Below, in pieces: positions 1 through 11,842 of a stretch of DNA of 64,000 bases. Numbering within the stretch: the first letter of the stretch is position 1; the number at the start of each line of letters is the position of its first letter. Origin of the DNA: Williopsis jadinii (Eukaryota); the NCBI GenBank assembly GCA_024346625.1, contig AP024667.1, positions 1,364,001 through 1,428,000 on the forward strand. Reading direction: 5' to 3'. Both the position numbers and the translations under genes were made by a program. The notes under the pieces are model-generated. The model had not been told where the DNA came from. It saw only the letters and a program-made list of their open reading frames with translations, and made no database searches.

Positions 1-299
1 GAAGACAGAAACATCAACAATAGTTTTGGAACTATCATAACACTCAGGAGAATGTAATGCTGAGCACTGAGTTCATTCAACGGCCGGGATCGTCATCATG
101 CTCGAGGAGGGTGTACTAATGCTGGTTTACCATCACATCAATGTTGATCTTGATTATGGCAATAAAGGAGAACTATCTTGGAGGTGGAAAGGTGATATAT
201 CTATACCAATCAGAGGTTAACATCTAGTATTTGATGCCTGCTTGCTTTCTACACATACAGTTGTGATCTGTTACTTTCATCGCACAACCGCGTGCTCAT

Positions 300-916
300 A
301 GTAACAGGACAGCATCATATTCCATTACTGGTGAAGTTTCTGACCCCGACGTATCTGTTGGGAACTTGGAAGATATTGGTTCTGGGCCTAAGCCCAGTAG
401 TAGGTCTTGACTGCTGAACCTGGGTTTATTATACTACTGCTGGTGGATATGAGTCTGGGTCAGCTACTCAACCACCTTCGGAGTTGGGTGAAGATGGCTT
501 GTGTCACCATCTCATGCGAAGTTTGTAAAGTGGGTGCTGAAACCATCACCAGGACCGTTAATCTTGAGGATGAATATTACGATGTGATAATCAGTGAGAC
601 AAAGCCAATCGTTGCTACTCCTGTTGGTGCAGTTCACACTACTGGTGTTGTTGAGACTCACGATACTGGTACTAGGGTTGTTTTAACGCTGCGACTTATG
701 GTAATACAGTTGGAGGGCCATCTAGGAATGCCGTCGTTCGTGAAAGCTCGGTGCTGCTGTCAATGAGATTGTTAAACTACCAAGTCTGGTATTAGTGAGG
801 TTGTTGGTGAACCTACCACCAAATACACAGCTTCTGAGAGTGCTGAGACTACAAAGGCCAGAGCTGCTGCTCCTTTAGCCCTTCTTGTCGCTGTTGCACC
901 AACTTTGAACCATTGA
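300..916 (+). pseudogene. Degenerate C-terminal part of a Ser/Thr-rich cell-wall adhesin/flocculin-like gene
   Basis: Frameshifted S/T/V/E-rich fragments: VTISCEVCKVGAETITRTV, ATPVGAVHTTGVVET, then TTKSGISEVVGEPTTKYTASESAETTKARAAAPLALLVAVAPTLNH* (TGA 914-916). Ends in a hydrophobic GPI-signal-like tail. No continuous ORF; left boundary approximate. Confidence 0.5.
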
Positions 917-1290
917 GGATCACGTTCCAAATATTGGTTTCCTGCTGGTAAGCTCACTCTTCTATTTATAAGAACTATACCGTGAGCTAAAACTTTCAAG
1001 TGTATTTGAATTGAAAAGACTCATACTGAGTTTAAAGAAACACTTTACTATCTAACAATCCACTGTGAGGCATTGAAGACCCCAGAAATGTACGCTAATT
1101 CTTGTCATCTCTTGGTTCCATGACTCTCTCTCACATATACAACATCGATTGTTGATAATATCTATTCGATTGTCCATATACACATGTTGAAGCGACTCTG
1201 TAGCGCATCATATAGAGAATTTGTAGTGTTTTAAACAGCTGCTATTCTCACTCCTATGACACATCTCCATCACTACCAAAGAAAAAGGTG

Positions 1291-1383
1291 GGCACTTTGG
1301 CCGAGTGGTTAAGGCGAAAGACTTGAATCTATTCGAGTGATCTTTTGGGATTTCCCGCGCAGGTTCGAACCCTGCAAGTGTCG
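1291..1383 (+). tRNA. tRNA-Ser(UGA) with a 12-nt intron (1328-1339)
   Basis: GGCACTTTGGCCGAGTGGTTAAGGCG, anticodon arm AAAGA-CT-TGA-A[TCTATTCGAGTG]A-TCTTT, long variable arm, GGTTCGAACC B-box, downstream T-run terminator. Confidence 0.93.
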
Positions 1384-1613
1384 ATATTTTTTTTTCTGCC
1401 CGATGAAGCCGAAGCGGTTACCCGGTCGATAATAGCCTCCATCAGATGGTGTTTGGATGTTTACGACCCCATACCTAATTATCACCAGATATCAACACTA
1501 TTACCTCTAAAGAGAGCTACATCATACGCCTTGATAGACCCGTATGTAAAGTGCTGTATTTGGTAGTATAATGTGTTCTCCCTTCTTTGGTGGATGGTTT
1601 CCCTGTTGTGCCA

Positions 1614-2303
1614 CTACAATTTGAACTGCTGTGCAATCTTGATGCCAGTAGCTACGTTTTGAACCCTTGAATCAATCTTATAACCTTCTCTGTGCAACTG
1701 TTCAAGTTGTTCGCTAAGAGTTGCCATTGGCACAGTAAAGATCTCGATGAATTCGCCATCTTCCAGCTGTGGCACTGGATTCTTATTTCTCTCGTCTTCA
1801 AGGTCAATCTTCACAGTAACCAGGTTCAAATTGGTGTTACAGAACCCCGGATCCGTGTAGATCACCATGCTCTTGGATAGCACCGTCCCATGGTAGCCGG
1901 TTTCCTCCTTCAGCTCTCTGATCGCAGTGGTTTCCACGGATTCGTTGGGATCAACCAACCCGGCAGGCATCTCGATACACACGCCGCACGTTGGTGGCCT
2001 GAACTGCTTCTCAAGGACGATTTCAGGGCCTTCTGGCTTGTCGATGATGGCCACTATTGCCACAGCATCAACCTCAGACCCCTCTGGTCTTGTAGTACGA
2101 CTCGCACACTCCCAGAGACGAGCCTTGCCAGCTGGGTCCTGATACGTGATCTTCTCTAACTTGGTCCATTTGGCATCCTGCGTTGGCAGAGGTTCAATGC
2201 TAAGAATCTTTGCATTGCTTGGTGATCCTTTACTCGCTGGCATGCTCAAAAGACGCTTGGAAACCCTTCGAATTTGGCTCAGCTGTTGAGGCTTTAGTAT
2301 CAT
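1614..2303 (-). CDS. YSA1: Nudix ADP-ribose pyrophosphatase
   Basis: Nudix box GLVDPNESVETTAIRELKEETGY, QFRPP and DPG motifs. Syntenic with SUS1 and CYC8 as in S. cerevisiae. Confidence 0.95.
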   Translation of the reverse strand: MILKPQQLSQIRRVSKRLLSMPASKGSPSNAKILSIEPLPTQDAKWTKLEKITYQDPAGKARLWECASRTTRPEGSEVDAVAIVAIIDKPEGPEIVLEKQFRPPTCGVCIEMPAGLVDPNESVETTAIRELKEETGYHGTVLSKSMVIYTDPGFCNTNLNLVTVKIDLEDERNKNPVPQLEDGEFIEIFTVPMATLSEQLEQLHREGYKIDSRVQNVATGIKIAQQFKL

Positions 2304-2413
2304 TAGTTATATGTCAAGGTATAAGGAGCAAGCACAAAGCACTCAGCTGCGAAAAAATCACTTCCCCGAGAAAGTTGATCACACACGGACAAACAGACAA
2401 ACAGACCAGAGAA

Positions 2414-2860
2414 ATGGACCCAGAACAGCTCAAAGTGAAGATACAAACGAACCTCATCCAGTCAGGCGAGTACGATAGACTCTCGTCGCAGCTGAAGCTG
2501 AAACTGGCCGAGTCTGGATGGCTTGATGACGTGAGAAGAATGGCTAGTGGTTAGTACTAATATGCTCTAAGGATATGACGATACAATGCAACATGCCCTC
2601 GATTCTATGTACTAACATTACACGATCTATATAGAGGAGGTATCTTCGAGTAACACGACGAATTTCACAAAATTGAACCAGACATTAGAGCCAAAGGCAC
2701 TGTGTGAGTCCCTTCAATGTTCACGGTTCTCGCAGCCTGACAGAGTCCAAACAAGCTTGATACTAATTATATGACAGCAATGGTACCTGAAAGCGTCAGA
2801 GAACAAACACTCCAGCAGATAAAAGAGTTCATAGAGAAGATCGTGGAAACTGAACAATGA
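2414..2860 (+). CDS. SUS1: SAGA/TREX-2 subunit Sus1, 3 exons (2414-2549, 2635-2703, 2778-2860), 95 aa
   Basis: Spliced protein MDPEQLKVKIQTNLIQSGEYDRL...SGWLDDVRRMASEEVSSSNTTNFTKLNQTLEPKALSMVPESVREQTLQQIKEFIEKIVETEQ. Intron 1 GTTAGT..TACTAAC..TAG; intron 2 GTGAGT..TACTAAT..CAG. Phases join in frame. Confidence 0.93.
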
Positions 2861-3102
2861 TAGTGTGCTAATTAGTGCTGTTGTACTACACGGTGACGAA
2901 AAAAGATAGTTTCTCTTAATAAAACACAATTAATAAGAAAGTACACATAATAAAACAGTAGAAAGTTTCATAGAGAAAGAACATCAGTTGGATCGCAACG
3001 ATGCTCCTCTTTTCATTCTCTCTTTTTCTCTTCTCTTTGACTCGTCAATCAAGTCTTCCTCTATCAGTCCCCCCACTACTAAATCGACTTTCTCCTCCTT
3101 CT

Positions 3103-4414
3103 TCAAACGCCATTGCTCTTCTTCTCGGGTTCGTCGTCGTCATCATAGTCCTCATCCTCCTCAATCTTTCTAACTTCAGGTTTCTCCACTGGCTCCTCAG
3201 CTCTTTCATTATCCTTTTTCCCTTCTTCAACTTTATCAGCTTCTGTAGCTTTCTCCTCTTGAAGACTACTCAAGGCCTCTTCACTTGGCTTGATACTGGG
3301 TTCAGCTTCCACTTCTGTCTTAGCTTCAACTTCAACCTTAGCTTCAACTTCAGCAGCTGGTTTTTCTTCGCTGTTCACGTCCCCATCATCTGATTTGGAC
3401 CCTGTAGTATCAGAAGGCTTTGTGCCATCAGCAAGGGTCTCAGCAGGAGCAGATATCTTAGCGTTCTCAGGTTCATGTTCAGGCTTCGTAACCTCTTGCT
3501 CTTCAACAGCTGACTCCTTAGGATCTGATGCATTGTTAGACTCCACGATTGGTGCAGTAGTATTAGCAGTGGAAACATTAGAAGCGGATTCAGCACCATC
3601 AACCTTTTCAGAGGAGGCGTTGGCCTCCTGTGGTACAGGAGGGGTGGACACTTGTTCATCTACGGCATTAGTCGAAGTTGAAACGGCAGTAGTAGATTCT
3701 TGTTCTACTGGAGCAGTAGTCGTGGTTGCAGCAGTAGAAGTAACTGCTGAATTGGCATCACCTGTAGCAGTGGTGTTAGGAACAATTGAAGGAACAGGTG
3801 CAGTAGTCTCAGCAGGTGTGGATGGTTTTTCTTCAACTTGAACAGGAACATCAGGTACAGAAGTTTGAACTGGAGCCTGTTCAACAGGAACAGTTGGTGT
3901 GGTAATCTGTGGTGACGTCTGTTCAACAGATACAGCTGGAGGAAGGGTTCTGGCAGGTTCCGAGACAACAACAGGTGTTTGGACAGGAACTGCAGCTGGA
4001 GAGGTAATAGGAGCTGCAGTGGAAGCAGCAATTGGAGCAGTTGGTGTAATTGCTGGAGCTGATGAATCGTTATGGACCAAAGCATGAACAGACTGAGACT
4101 GGCTAGCCGATGGCAACGGATTAGAAACAGGAGCTAATCTAGGAGGGGCCTCTTGCTGCTCAATCTTTTTCTCATTTTCTACTTTATCATCTCTCAAAAA
4201 AGTCTTTTTCAGCTTACGCTCACCAAGATCTGGGTTTTCCAATTCATGTTTACTTGGAGCCAACGACTTAACTTCGTGTTGTGGCTGCTGCTGCTGAAGT
4301 GGTTGTGGTGGTTGTGGTGGTGGTTGGCTAATTGGAGCTGGTTGATATGGCTGTTGTTGAGGTGGTTGTAGCTGCAACTGTGGTTGATGTGGTGTAACTT
4401 GTTGCTGCTGTAAA

Positions 4415-4494
<80 letters not shown>

Positions 4495-5955
4495 GTGTTG
4501 CTGCTGTTGGAATAAGGGTGGCTGGGACTGCTGCTGCTGTTGACCAGCAATTTGTGGGTTCATCTGTAACTGTTGCAAATGAGGTTGCTGTTGCTGCTGT
4601 TGAGGTGGTTGACTCTGCTGGGAAAGCATCTGTTGTGGTAAACGAGGCTGTTGCGAAGGTGGGGGTGGTGGAAGTTGACCGTTAACACCACCCTCCTTTT
4701 GGAACTTCTGTAACTGCTCAAGACGAGCTTGAATGTGGGGATTACTTGGATCCAAAGTAGCAGCCTGTTTATATGCATCCAACGCATCTGTTATTTGGTT
4801 ATTACAAGTCTCATAAAGAGTACCCAAGTCATACCAAACCTCAGAGATGTACGGATTCAATCTGATCGCACGAGTATAAGCATCAAGCGCATCTCTGTAC
4901 TGGGAGATCTGGTAGTACAACACACCAATGGAGCACCAGAAAGTTGGGTTTCTAGCATCTCTGTTAACAGCTTGCTGGAATGCATCGTACGCCGAGGTAT
5001 AATCACCTCTGGACATGTGAACCCTACCCAAATGGTACCAGGTGTGAGCATCGCTGGAGTCAATCTCCAAGGACTGTGTCAACAGTCTCAACGCAACCTC
5101 TGGATCTTGGAAACTCGAACCCTGTTGTGAGTACAGGCATCCCAACTGTTGCAACACTTTAGCGTGTTTAGGATTGGACTGTAGCACCTTTTGATATGCA
5201 TCCTTGGCACCGTTGTAGTCCCTCTGCTGTTCCAAAACAGCTCCAATCTGGAACCACACGTCAGGCTGTGTTAGCGGAGCAGGAGGGTTTGGCAAGATGT
5301 ATCTGAAGCATTCCAACGCCTGGGTCAGTTTGCCCTCGTGCTTGTAAATGATACCAAGTCTGAAGTAGATCTCGGATGCCTTGTCAAAGTTTGCATCCAA
5401 CTCCAACACTCTTCTGAACGCCTCCTCGGCGTATTCCAAGGAGCCATAACGATCGTAGAGGATACCAATCCCGTGCCACAACTTCGGAACATTAGGGTTG
5501 TTCAGGTGATACAGCGCCTGCTGATAAGCAGCATACGCCCGTTGTAAATCGTCAAGCATCAAATAGCAGTGACCCAACAGTCCCCACGTTTCACCGGCAT
5601 CTGGCTTTGCAGTCAACGCTCTTTGGTAGAGCTCCGCAGCCTTAGCAAACATATCCCTTGAACGGTACAAGTTGGCCAACGACGTCAAAGCTGGCGCAGA
5701 GTTTGGAGAGTGTCTCAACGTGGCATCGTACGCAGCGGCAGCACGGTCAGCATCACCGAGCGACTCAGCTAGTGAGCCGATCGCCAGCCAGGTTTCAGCA
5801 GTGGCGTTGTTCAGCTCCTGTTCCTGGGCTGTGAACTGTTGCTGGGCTTGTTGGACCGCCTGTTGTTGCTGTTGTTGCTGTTGTTGTTGTTGTTGTTGTT
5901 GTTGCTGCTGCTGCACCGCCTGTTGATGCGGAGCTGGCGCTATGTGCTGTGGCAT
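3103..5955 (-). CDS. CYC8: TPR co-repressor Cyc8/Ssn6
   Basis: N-terminal polyQ, TPR array (ETWLAIGSLAE...NPTFWCSIGVLYYQISQYRDALDAYTRAIRLNPYISEVWYDLG), second Q tract, acidic tail. First ATG at 5955. Confidence 0.97.
4416..4507 (-). repeat. CAG/CAA polyglutamine-coding tract in CYC8 (a second tract lies at ~5861-5913)
   Basis: Runs of ctg/ttg triplets on the + strand. Confidence 0.9.
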
Positions 5956-8900
5956 TGTGGACAAAATAACCAAAGCTTAAAGTACAGACAAACCTTCAAT
6001 GGTGGACAAAAGCTATAACTCAGACTCTGCAAATACGGTGATTCGATTCGCGCTCTTGATGTCTGTCCGAGGGTGTGTATATCGGTATTTTTATGTCCTC
6101 AAGTGCCCCCTGTTGATTTGTATCGAGGTCCTTTGTATCAAAACTGAATAACGTGTGATCTTAACAACGTAAAGTTGCGTTTCTTCGACAACGGCCTTGA
6201 ACCTTTAATAAGTGAGACGTTTTTTTGAACAATTTTTTCTCAGGAGCTGAAAGAGACAAAACACGCCAACGATGAAAAACAAACAAAGAAAAAAGAGACG
6301 AATCCTTCCCTTCAAGCGTTGTGTATAAGAGGCGTTATCCTTATCCTTCTTTAAGAGCGCAGAGAGTGTGCTTTTCGGTTTCTCGAGAGCTTCAATTGGT
6401 TGACGAGAAGAAGGATGTGGTGAAAAAAACACAAAAAAAGAAGGAGGGGTGGAGCGGTTGTGTTGTTTTTTGTGCTTTGGCGTTGGAACTTGTTCTGTCC
6501 CGTTTGTGTGTGGACAATTGGAGATAAAAAATGTGTGAGCCTTGATGCCAAGCAAAGTTTGGGAAGCAGGAAAAAAAGAAAAGAGAGCGAAAAGGATGGG
6601 ACAAAAAAAGAAAGAAAAGAAAGGAGGCAAAGGAAAACCACACAAATGTCCCCTTTCCGAGTTCCAAGTTCCTGATGCACGTCGTCGACGATGCAGGAAA
6701 AAGTTTGGCTTCGTTTCTGCGTGTGTCTATCTGCTTTACCAAATGCTTTGACGGTTGTCGTGCATGGTTTTCAAAATGGGTTTTGAAGCTTCCATAGGTT
6801 TGTATGAATTGGCGTGTGTGCTTTGGCTAACAATGAGATGGTGCAAGGAATTGGCGCAGCTTTTTGCTCCCTCCGCTCACAGTCGTACAGGATCGAAGTC
6901 TTTTCGGGGTGGGAGGGTTTCAAGAGGAGTTGAGTATCAATATCTACGATGGTTTTTTTCTGTTGTTCCAGCAAGCCATAACGGTATAATCGCTATATAA
7001 GGAGTCACAGCTTTGTAGGCTTATTTCAAAGATGCCCTTTCAGTAACACACCAGATTGGGCAGGGGGAACAGACGTTGAAAGCCTGTGCTCAGCAAAGGC
7101 CACATGTAGCTTGTGAGAATTGACTCATTCGCACTTGTTCAACTGTGGTGGGGGTGACATTTACAGTGCTGGGGATGGAAGATGAATCAAGAGAAAATTG
7201 AAGCGTGATGGGCCATGCTTTTTTTTTTGGTGTTGGCCATCGCCAACGCTTCAACAAAGAAGTTGATATCCCTTGGGTCATTTATGACCTTTGCGCAGAG
7301 ACATACGTGCCTTTCGTGTGATGAGTTCGGTGTGAAACCACACCAAAAATGCTTACATCTCGAAGAGAGAAAGTGTCGTGTTTTCTAGTGGAGTGTGACT
7401 GTTTGTTTTTCCACCCCAGCCCTACCTCTCGCTCTCGGAGAAGCCGCGTACATAGGTGCAGAACGCAGCTGTTTTAGCCAAACGGATTTCTGTTGTACAC
7501 GCTTTCCCAGATGGTTCGAGGGGGAAGGACCAGCTAGTTAAGCAACCTTCAGCTTGATTCATAGGCAAAGGGAGAAGCAACGGAGAAAACCTGGAACTGG
7601 CGCATGGGAAGCAGAGGGGAAAGCATGCTGAAAATTATCGGATTTGCCAATCGCTTGTGTGATGCCTGATTATGAACCCAAGGTCAGAAAAAAGCAAGAC
7701 AAAAGAACCCAATGTCTTAGAGGCTTCTCATACGATTACCAAGAACGATAGCACTGCGGAAAAAAGCGCTACGGCTAATGAGTTGCGACGAAAAAGCGGA
7801 ATCGAAAAGTTACAAGGGATTCGGTGATGAGTCAATTGAATCATCGTGTTGAGATTGACCATTCCAGCATGCGCAGACCTGTCCATATGTACGCATTTTT
7901 GTCCAAAGTCGACGTGGCCAGAGATTTATTGGTTAAAGCTTACAGTATAATCAAAACAGCCATTGTACACACGTGGAGTGATGTTTAAACCAAGTGTTCG
8001 CTCAACTCTACAGATATTTCAGTAATCTCAACCGAAACGAGAAGCCGGCTCCTCCTCTGTAGAAGCCTTAAAGGCCCACTGTGTTCATAAATTTCCAGTT
8101 GATGAGTGATTCGCCCCCTATTCGACTGATTTACTCTCCAAAGAAAAGAAAGGACGAAAATACTGACACATGCCACATTGCCAAGGAGCCAAGACTTTTA
8201 CCTCGTTATATTCCTGCACACCTACTTCAACTCAAGAACAAATCACATGTAAATGCTCAAAGCTCAAAGCTCTAGCTCCATGTCAAGCTCGGCTATTGGC
8301 GCATTGCCATCAGTAACTATTTTCGTTTTTTTTTGCGCAACAGGTCTGCTTTTGCCCCCCTGTTGTCTTCCCGTTTCGAATGTTAAATCCTTTGCATGAA
8401 TATATCTTGGCGTGCGTATTAAGAGCCAGAAACTCACTCATTGATTTGCGCCAAGACTTGTTAGCGTTTGTGGCTTTTTCTTTTTCGCTTTGCATATTTA
8501 TTTCTTTTCGATCAAAATTAAAATTAGAATTTCCTTTGCAAAATAACCCGCAGGAAATGCCCAAAGAGTTTAGTCCTCCGCCAAGAGTTGTTTTCCGTAA
8601 AATTCTGGGGAGTCCCGTATACATCCGCTCATCACACGCACCAGAACCGGAAAGACCGACCCGTGGTCGCTGAAACTTTGGACAGGGGGGGAAACAGCTA
8701 CAGAGCTTTATAGCTGTCTAACACAAGCACCTGTGCCGTTTCCTCCCGTCAGCAGTGGATGAGAGTCGGAGCTCCAGCTCGTCAAACTTCATCACGCATA
8801 CATTCCGGCCTGTAAAGTAATGTGGATGATGGATGTCTGCCTATTGTAGAAAGATCGGAGTATTTGATCGTGTGGGCATTGTGTAATCTCCTCTTGTTCT

Positions 8901-9214
8901 TAGTCGTGGTGCTTAGTCAGGGTGCCTAGTCGCGCTTAATCGGGGTGTGTGATCAGGACCACCTCCATGACGAAACCACGCATCGCGAGATCACGCATCG
9001 CCCAGTTTACGCGGCCACTCAACGCTACTCATTGGCTCCTTCAACTTCAGCCAAATACACAACTCAAAGGCCTAATGATGAACCCAACAGGGCCAAACCC
9101 AATGGTACAATTGGCACGGTGCTTGGTTTGGTTTGATTGGATAACAGTACAATGAAAGACGTGTGCTCTACATCGTGTACACCGCAGATAGAAGCATCGT
9201 GATTATAGTCCTAA

Positions 9215-10393
9215 TCAACTAGAAGACGGAGCACACTGGGATGAAATCTCCTCCACGTTGAGATCCTTCAAGTAGTTGTAGAAATCGTCAACAGGGACAA
9301 ACTTACGCTCAACACCGGAGTACAAGATACGTAAGTGGTATGAATCGTTGGACTCTTGGTGATAGAGCTCAAAAATGTACTCTGCGCCCATACCTGGCCA
9401 TTGGAAGAATCCCAAGTCGAGGTATTTACTCAACAGCGCAGTCAGGGCTGAAATGGAACCGTCATGTGCAATGTTGTGTTGATAGATGACTTTTCTCTCT
9501 CCGCTGATAACCTCTTGGAAATGGGAAGCCAACTCGGTGGTGAAGTTACCGTACTTGTAAATACCATAATCGGTGGCATTGGGGTTGGAGTAGAAAGTGT
9601 AATCGTATTCCCAATGGCCCAGTTTCATAACGGTCTCGAATTGTGAATTCGTAACGTTTATCATGTCACCTGCACATGTCTTTGTCGACAAGTTATCGAA
9701 AAAATGGTCGATGGAACCATAGAATCCAGGATGAGAAGTTGCATTGATGCCATCCTGTGTGGCCAGCTCGTCATAAATGGTCATGTTTGTCTCATCGTAC
9801 CACATTGGAGTTGATCTTATTGCTTTCTTCAAATCATCCGCTTGATGGCAGTCCAAGTTTGGTTCCAAATTATCAACCTCGCGCAACTCAGCAGTGATGT
9901 TGTCGTTTGGATACATTCCAGTGATTAACGAGTCGAAAACCTGTTGGGTGATGTTGTTGTTGGTGATTCTCCATTGGACCAACTCCTCGTCGTATTCATC
10001 AGGCAAGAACCCCAATTCATCATGGTACAGTTGAAACAGATCAAGACCATGTTGCTTAGAGTCGACCTTACCGCCAGCGGTGATTTGCGGATAGCGAACA
10101 CCTTCTTCTTTCACATCACCTGGAAGCATGTTCGAAGAGTATGGGGTTCTCTTCTGGTGTCTATGGATAACTTCGACATAGGCCAGCTTGTACTCAGACG
10201 TGACGTTTTGGTAAGACCGCTTGTTAGCACGAGGCATGTTGCAGTAGTTATAAGTCTCAGAAACTCCCAACGGAGACTGGGACCCCCAGTGGTATCCAAA
10301 CAATGGACGTGCAACGTAATCTTCTGCACTGATTGGCTCAAGATGAGCCAGCGCCAAGGACGCGACAGATGTGATTGTCAATGCGTATCTCAT
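9215..10393 (-). CDS. Secreted histidine acid phosphatase (phytase-like)
   Basis: Signal peptide MRYALTITSVASLALA (ATG 10393), catalytic RHQKRTP (RHGxRxP variant), HD motif (AHDG), several N-glycosylation sequons. Confidence 0.88.
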   Translation of the reverse strand: MRYALTITSVASLALAHLEPISAEDYVARPLFGYHWGSQSPLGVSETYNYCNMPRANKRSYQNVTSEYKLAYVEVIHRHQKRTPYSSNMLPGDVKEEGVRYPQITAGGKVDSKQHGLDLFQLYHDELGFLPDEYDEELVQWRITNNNITQQVFDSLITGMYPNDNITAELREVDNLEPNLDCHQADDLKKAIRSTPMWYDETNMTIYDELATQDGINATSHPGFYGSIDHFFDNLSTKTCAGDMINVTNSQFETVMKLGHWEYDYTFYSNPNATDYGIYKYGNFTTELASHFQEVISGERKVIYQHNIAHDGSISALTALLSKYLDLGFFQWPGMGAEYIFELYHQESNDSYHLRILYSGVERKFVPVDDFYNYLKDLNVEEISSQCAPSSS

Positions 10394-10516
10394 ACTCCCT
10401 CGATGTTGCTGTTCTTGCTTCTTCTTTGGCGACAACTGGGGTTTTCTACCAAGGATATCCCAAGGGTTTAAATAGCACTTTTTCCAGGGTGAATAAATAA
10501 CACCAGATACCCAGAA

Positions 10517-10946
10517 AACGTGGTCGATAGGAGATGCACTGAGGCCTATACGTTGTCTGCTGAACCCTCGTGCTTACTCTCACATAACCCAGAGTAAACC
10601 CTCTTCCTTGCCGATCAATGAGAGAATCAGCCGGCAAAGTGAAGTGGTCTGGAGCTCTTTTCACGCAACGTTTTGCAGTTAGAGTGAAGGAACCACACGT
10701 TTTCAAATGTTTTGGATGCAAATCGTTCAGCCAATCGTTCAGCTAAGTGGCCGATACTTTAGTCCAATCTGCTCCACGTCCTACAATGGCATACAGTGTA
10801 ATGGGAAAACGTGCTTGATGTGATTCTTTGCCTCCCAAAACGGAAATGGTTATGAAGCGTTTGAAAAAAAGATGGGGGAATCTGATGTGCGGATGTAAAC
10901 TTAGTATCACGTGATATTCATCCGGAATTTGGGTTATGATCACGTG
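10517..10946. promoter_or_regulatory. Cluster of E-boxes upstream of the acid phosphatase: three CACGTT and two ATCACGTGAT
   Basis: AACGTG 10517-10522, CACGTT 10696-10701, AACGTG 10808-10813, CACGTG 10908-10913 and 10941-10946. Pho4-type and Cbf1/Tye7-type sites. Confidence 0.55.
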
Positions 10947-10974
10947 ATTTGGCCTCCCATCGTGGGTTTCTGGT

Positions 10975-11012
10975 GTGAATTTTTTTAATGCACATCATCT
11001 CAGACGATGAGC
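10975..11012 (+). promoter_or_regulatory. RRPE and PAC ribosome-biogenesis promoter elements
   Basis: GTGAATTTTTTT followed by GACGATGAGCT just upstream of UTP30. Confidence 0.7.
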
Positions 11013-11044
11013 TCTTCCTAATCGAACAAAGATCACCGAATCAA

Positions 11045-11842
11045 ATGTCGTTCCCACTGGGTAAGAAGACCTTAGAGGATACCAAGAAGTCTCTTGAGTC
11101 CCTGATTGCTCATGAAATCAAGCAAGGGAATTCTGGCCATGAATTTGTATACTTGGTGATCAATACGGAAAGGCCATTGACCAAGGTAAGGGACCATACA
11201 CCACGAATAGTACCCATTCCCAATAGGCTTTCCCGCATATCTGAGCGTTCCGTGTTGCTGATAACCAAAGATCCATCTACGCCGTATCGTGATCCCCTGA
11301 CCAGAGCAAAATCACCGACAGAGGATCTCTTCAAGGATATAATGCCTTTAAAGAAAGTGAAAACCTTGACACGCTCAACAAAGTCGGCTAAGAACATGCT
11401 GTCTGAGTACGACCTGATCCTTGCAGATCATCGTATACACCATCTGTTACCTGATATAATGGGTGAAGTGTTTTATAGAGCACACAAGAGGGTGCCCTTT
11501 GTCGTACAACTGGCGCAGATCACCGAGGAAGACATGAAGAAGCCCTTGAAGAGACAAGAACGTGTTGAAAGGTGTGATGCTCAGTACGTACTGAAACAGA
11601 TGAGATCAATTGCTAAGAATACGTACTACTTCCCGTCGCGTGATGCGCAGATTGTTCTCAAAGTTGGGTATATCGATACCGAACCTCAGAAACTATGCCA
11701 AAACATTGGTGCGGTTATAGAGTTCCTTCACAATGAAAAGTTCCTACCTTCTGGTGGAGTGCTGAAGAAAAATCCAATGAAGGAACTCTTTGTAAAGACA
11801 AACAATAGTGCAAGTTTGCCTATTTGGGTAAAGAAAGATTGA
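11045..11842 (+). CDS. UTP30: Ribosomal protein L1-domain 90S preribosome factor
   Basis: SVLLITKDPSTPYRDPLT, YDLILADHRIHHLLPDIMG and KRVPFVVQLA motifs. UTP30 neighbours KTR2 in S. cerevisiae. Start placed at the ATG downstream of RRPE/PAC. Confidence 0.85.
   Translation: MSFPLGKKTLEDTKKSLESLIAHEIKQGNSGHEFVYLVINTERPLTKVRDHTPRIVPIPNRLSRISERSVLLITKDPSTPYRDPLTRAKSPTEDLFKDIMPLKKVKTLTRSTKSAKNMLSEYDLILADHRIHHLLPDIMGEVFYRAHKRVPFVVQLAQITEEDMKKPLKRQERVERCDAQYVLKQMRSIAKNTYYFPSRDAQIVLKVGYIDTEPQKLCQNIGAVIEFLHNEKFLPSGGVLKKNPMKELFVKTNNSASLPIWVKKD

Noticed and set aside
3290..5926. Antisense and alternative-frame ORFs over CYC8 (poly-C, poly-S/N, L-rich), and similar shadows over PAT1, PDH1, THI5, RPT5 and GNT1
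   Set aside because: Shadow ORFs produced by codon bias and triplet repeats of the real genes.
6205..6751. Overlapping F/K-rich ORFs upstream of CYC8, and ORF 23692-23934 upstream of SOL1
   Set aside because: Low-complexity poly(A)/poly(T) promoter and UTR sequence with no protein features.
10908..10946. Point-centromere CDEI (RTCACGTG)
   Set aside because: No long AT-rich CDEII or CDEIII follows; the context is a divergent promoter.
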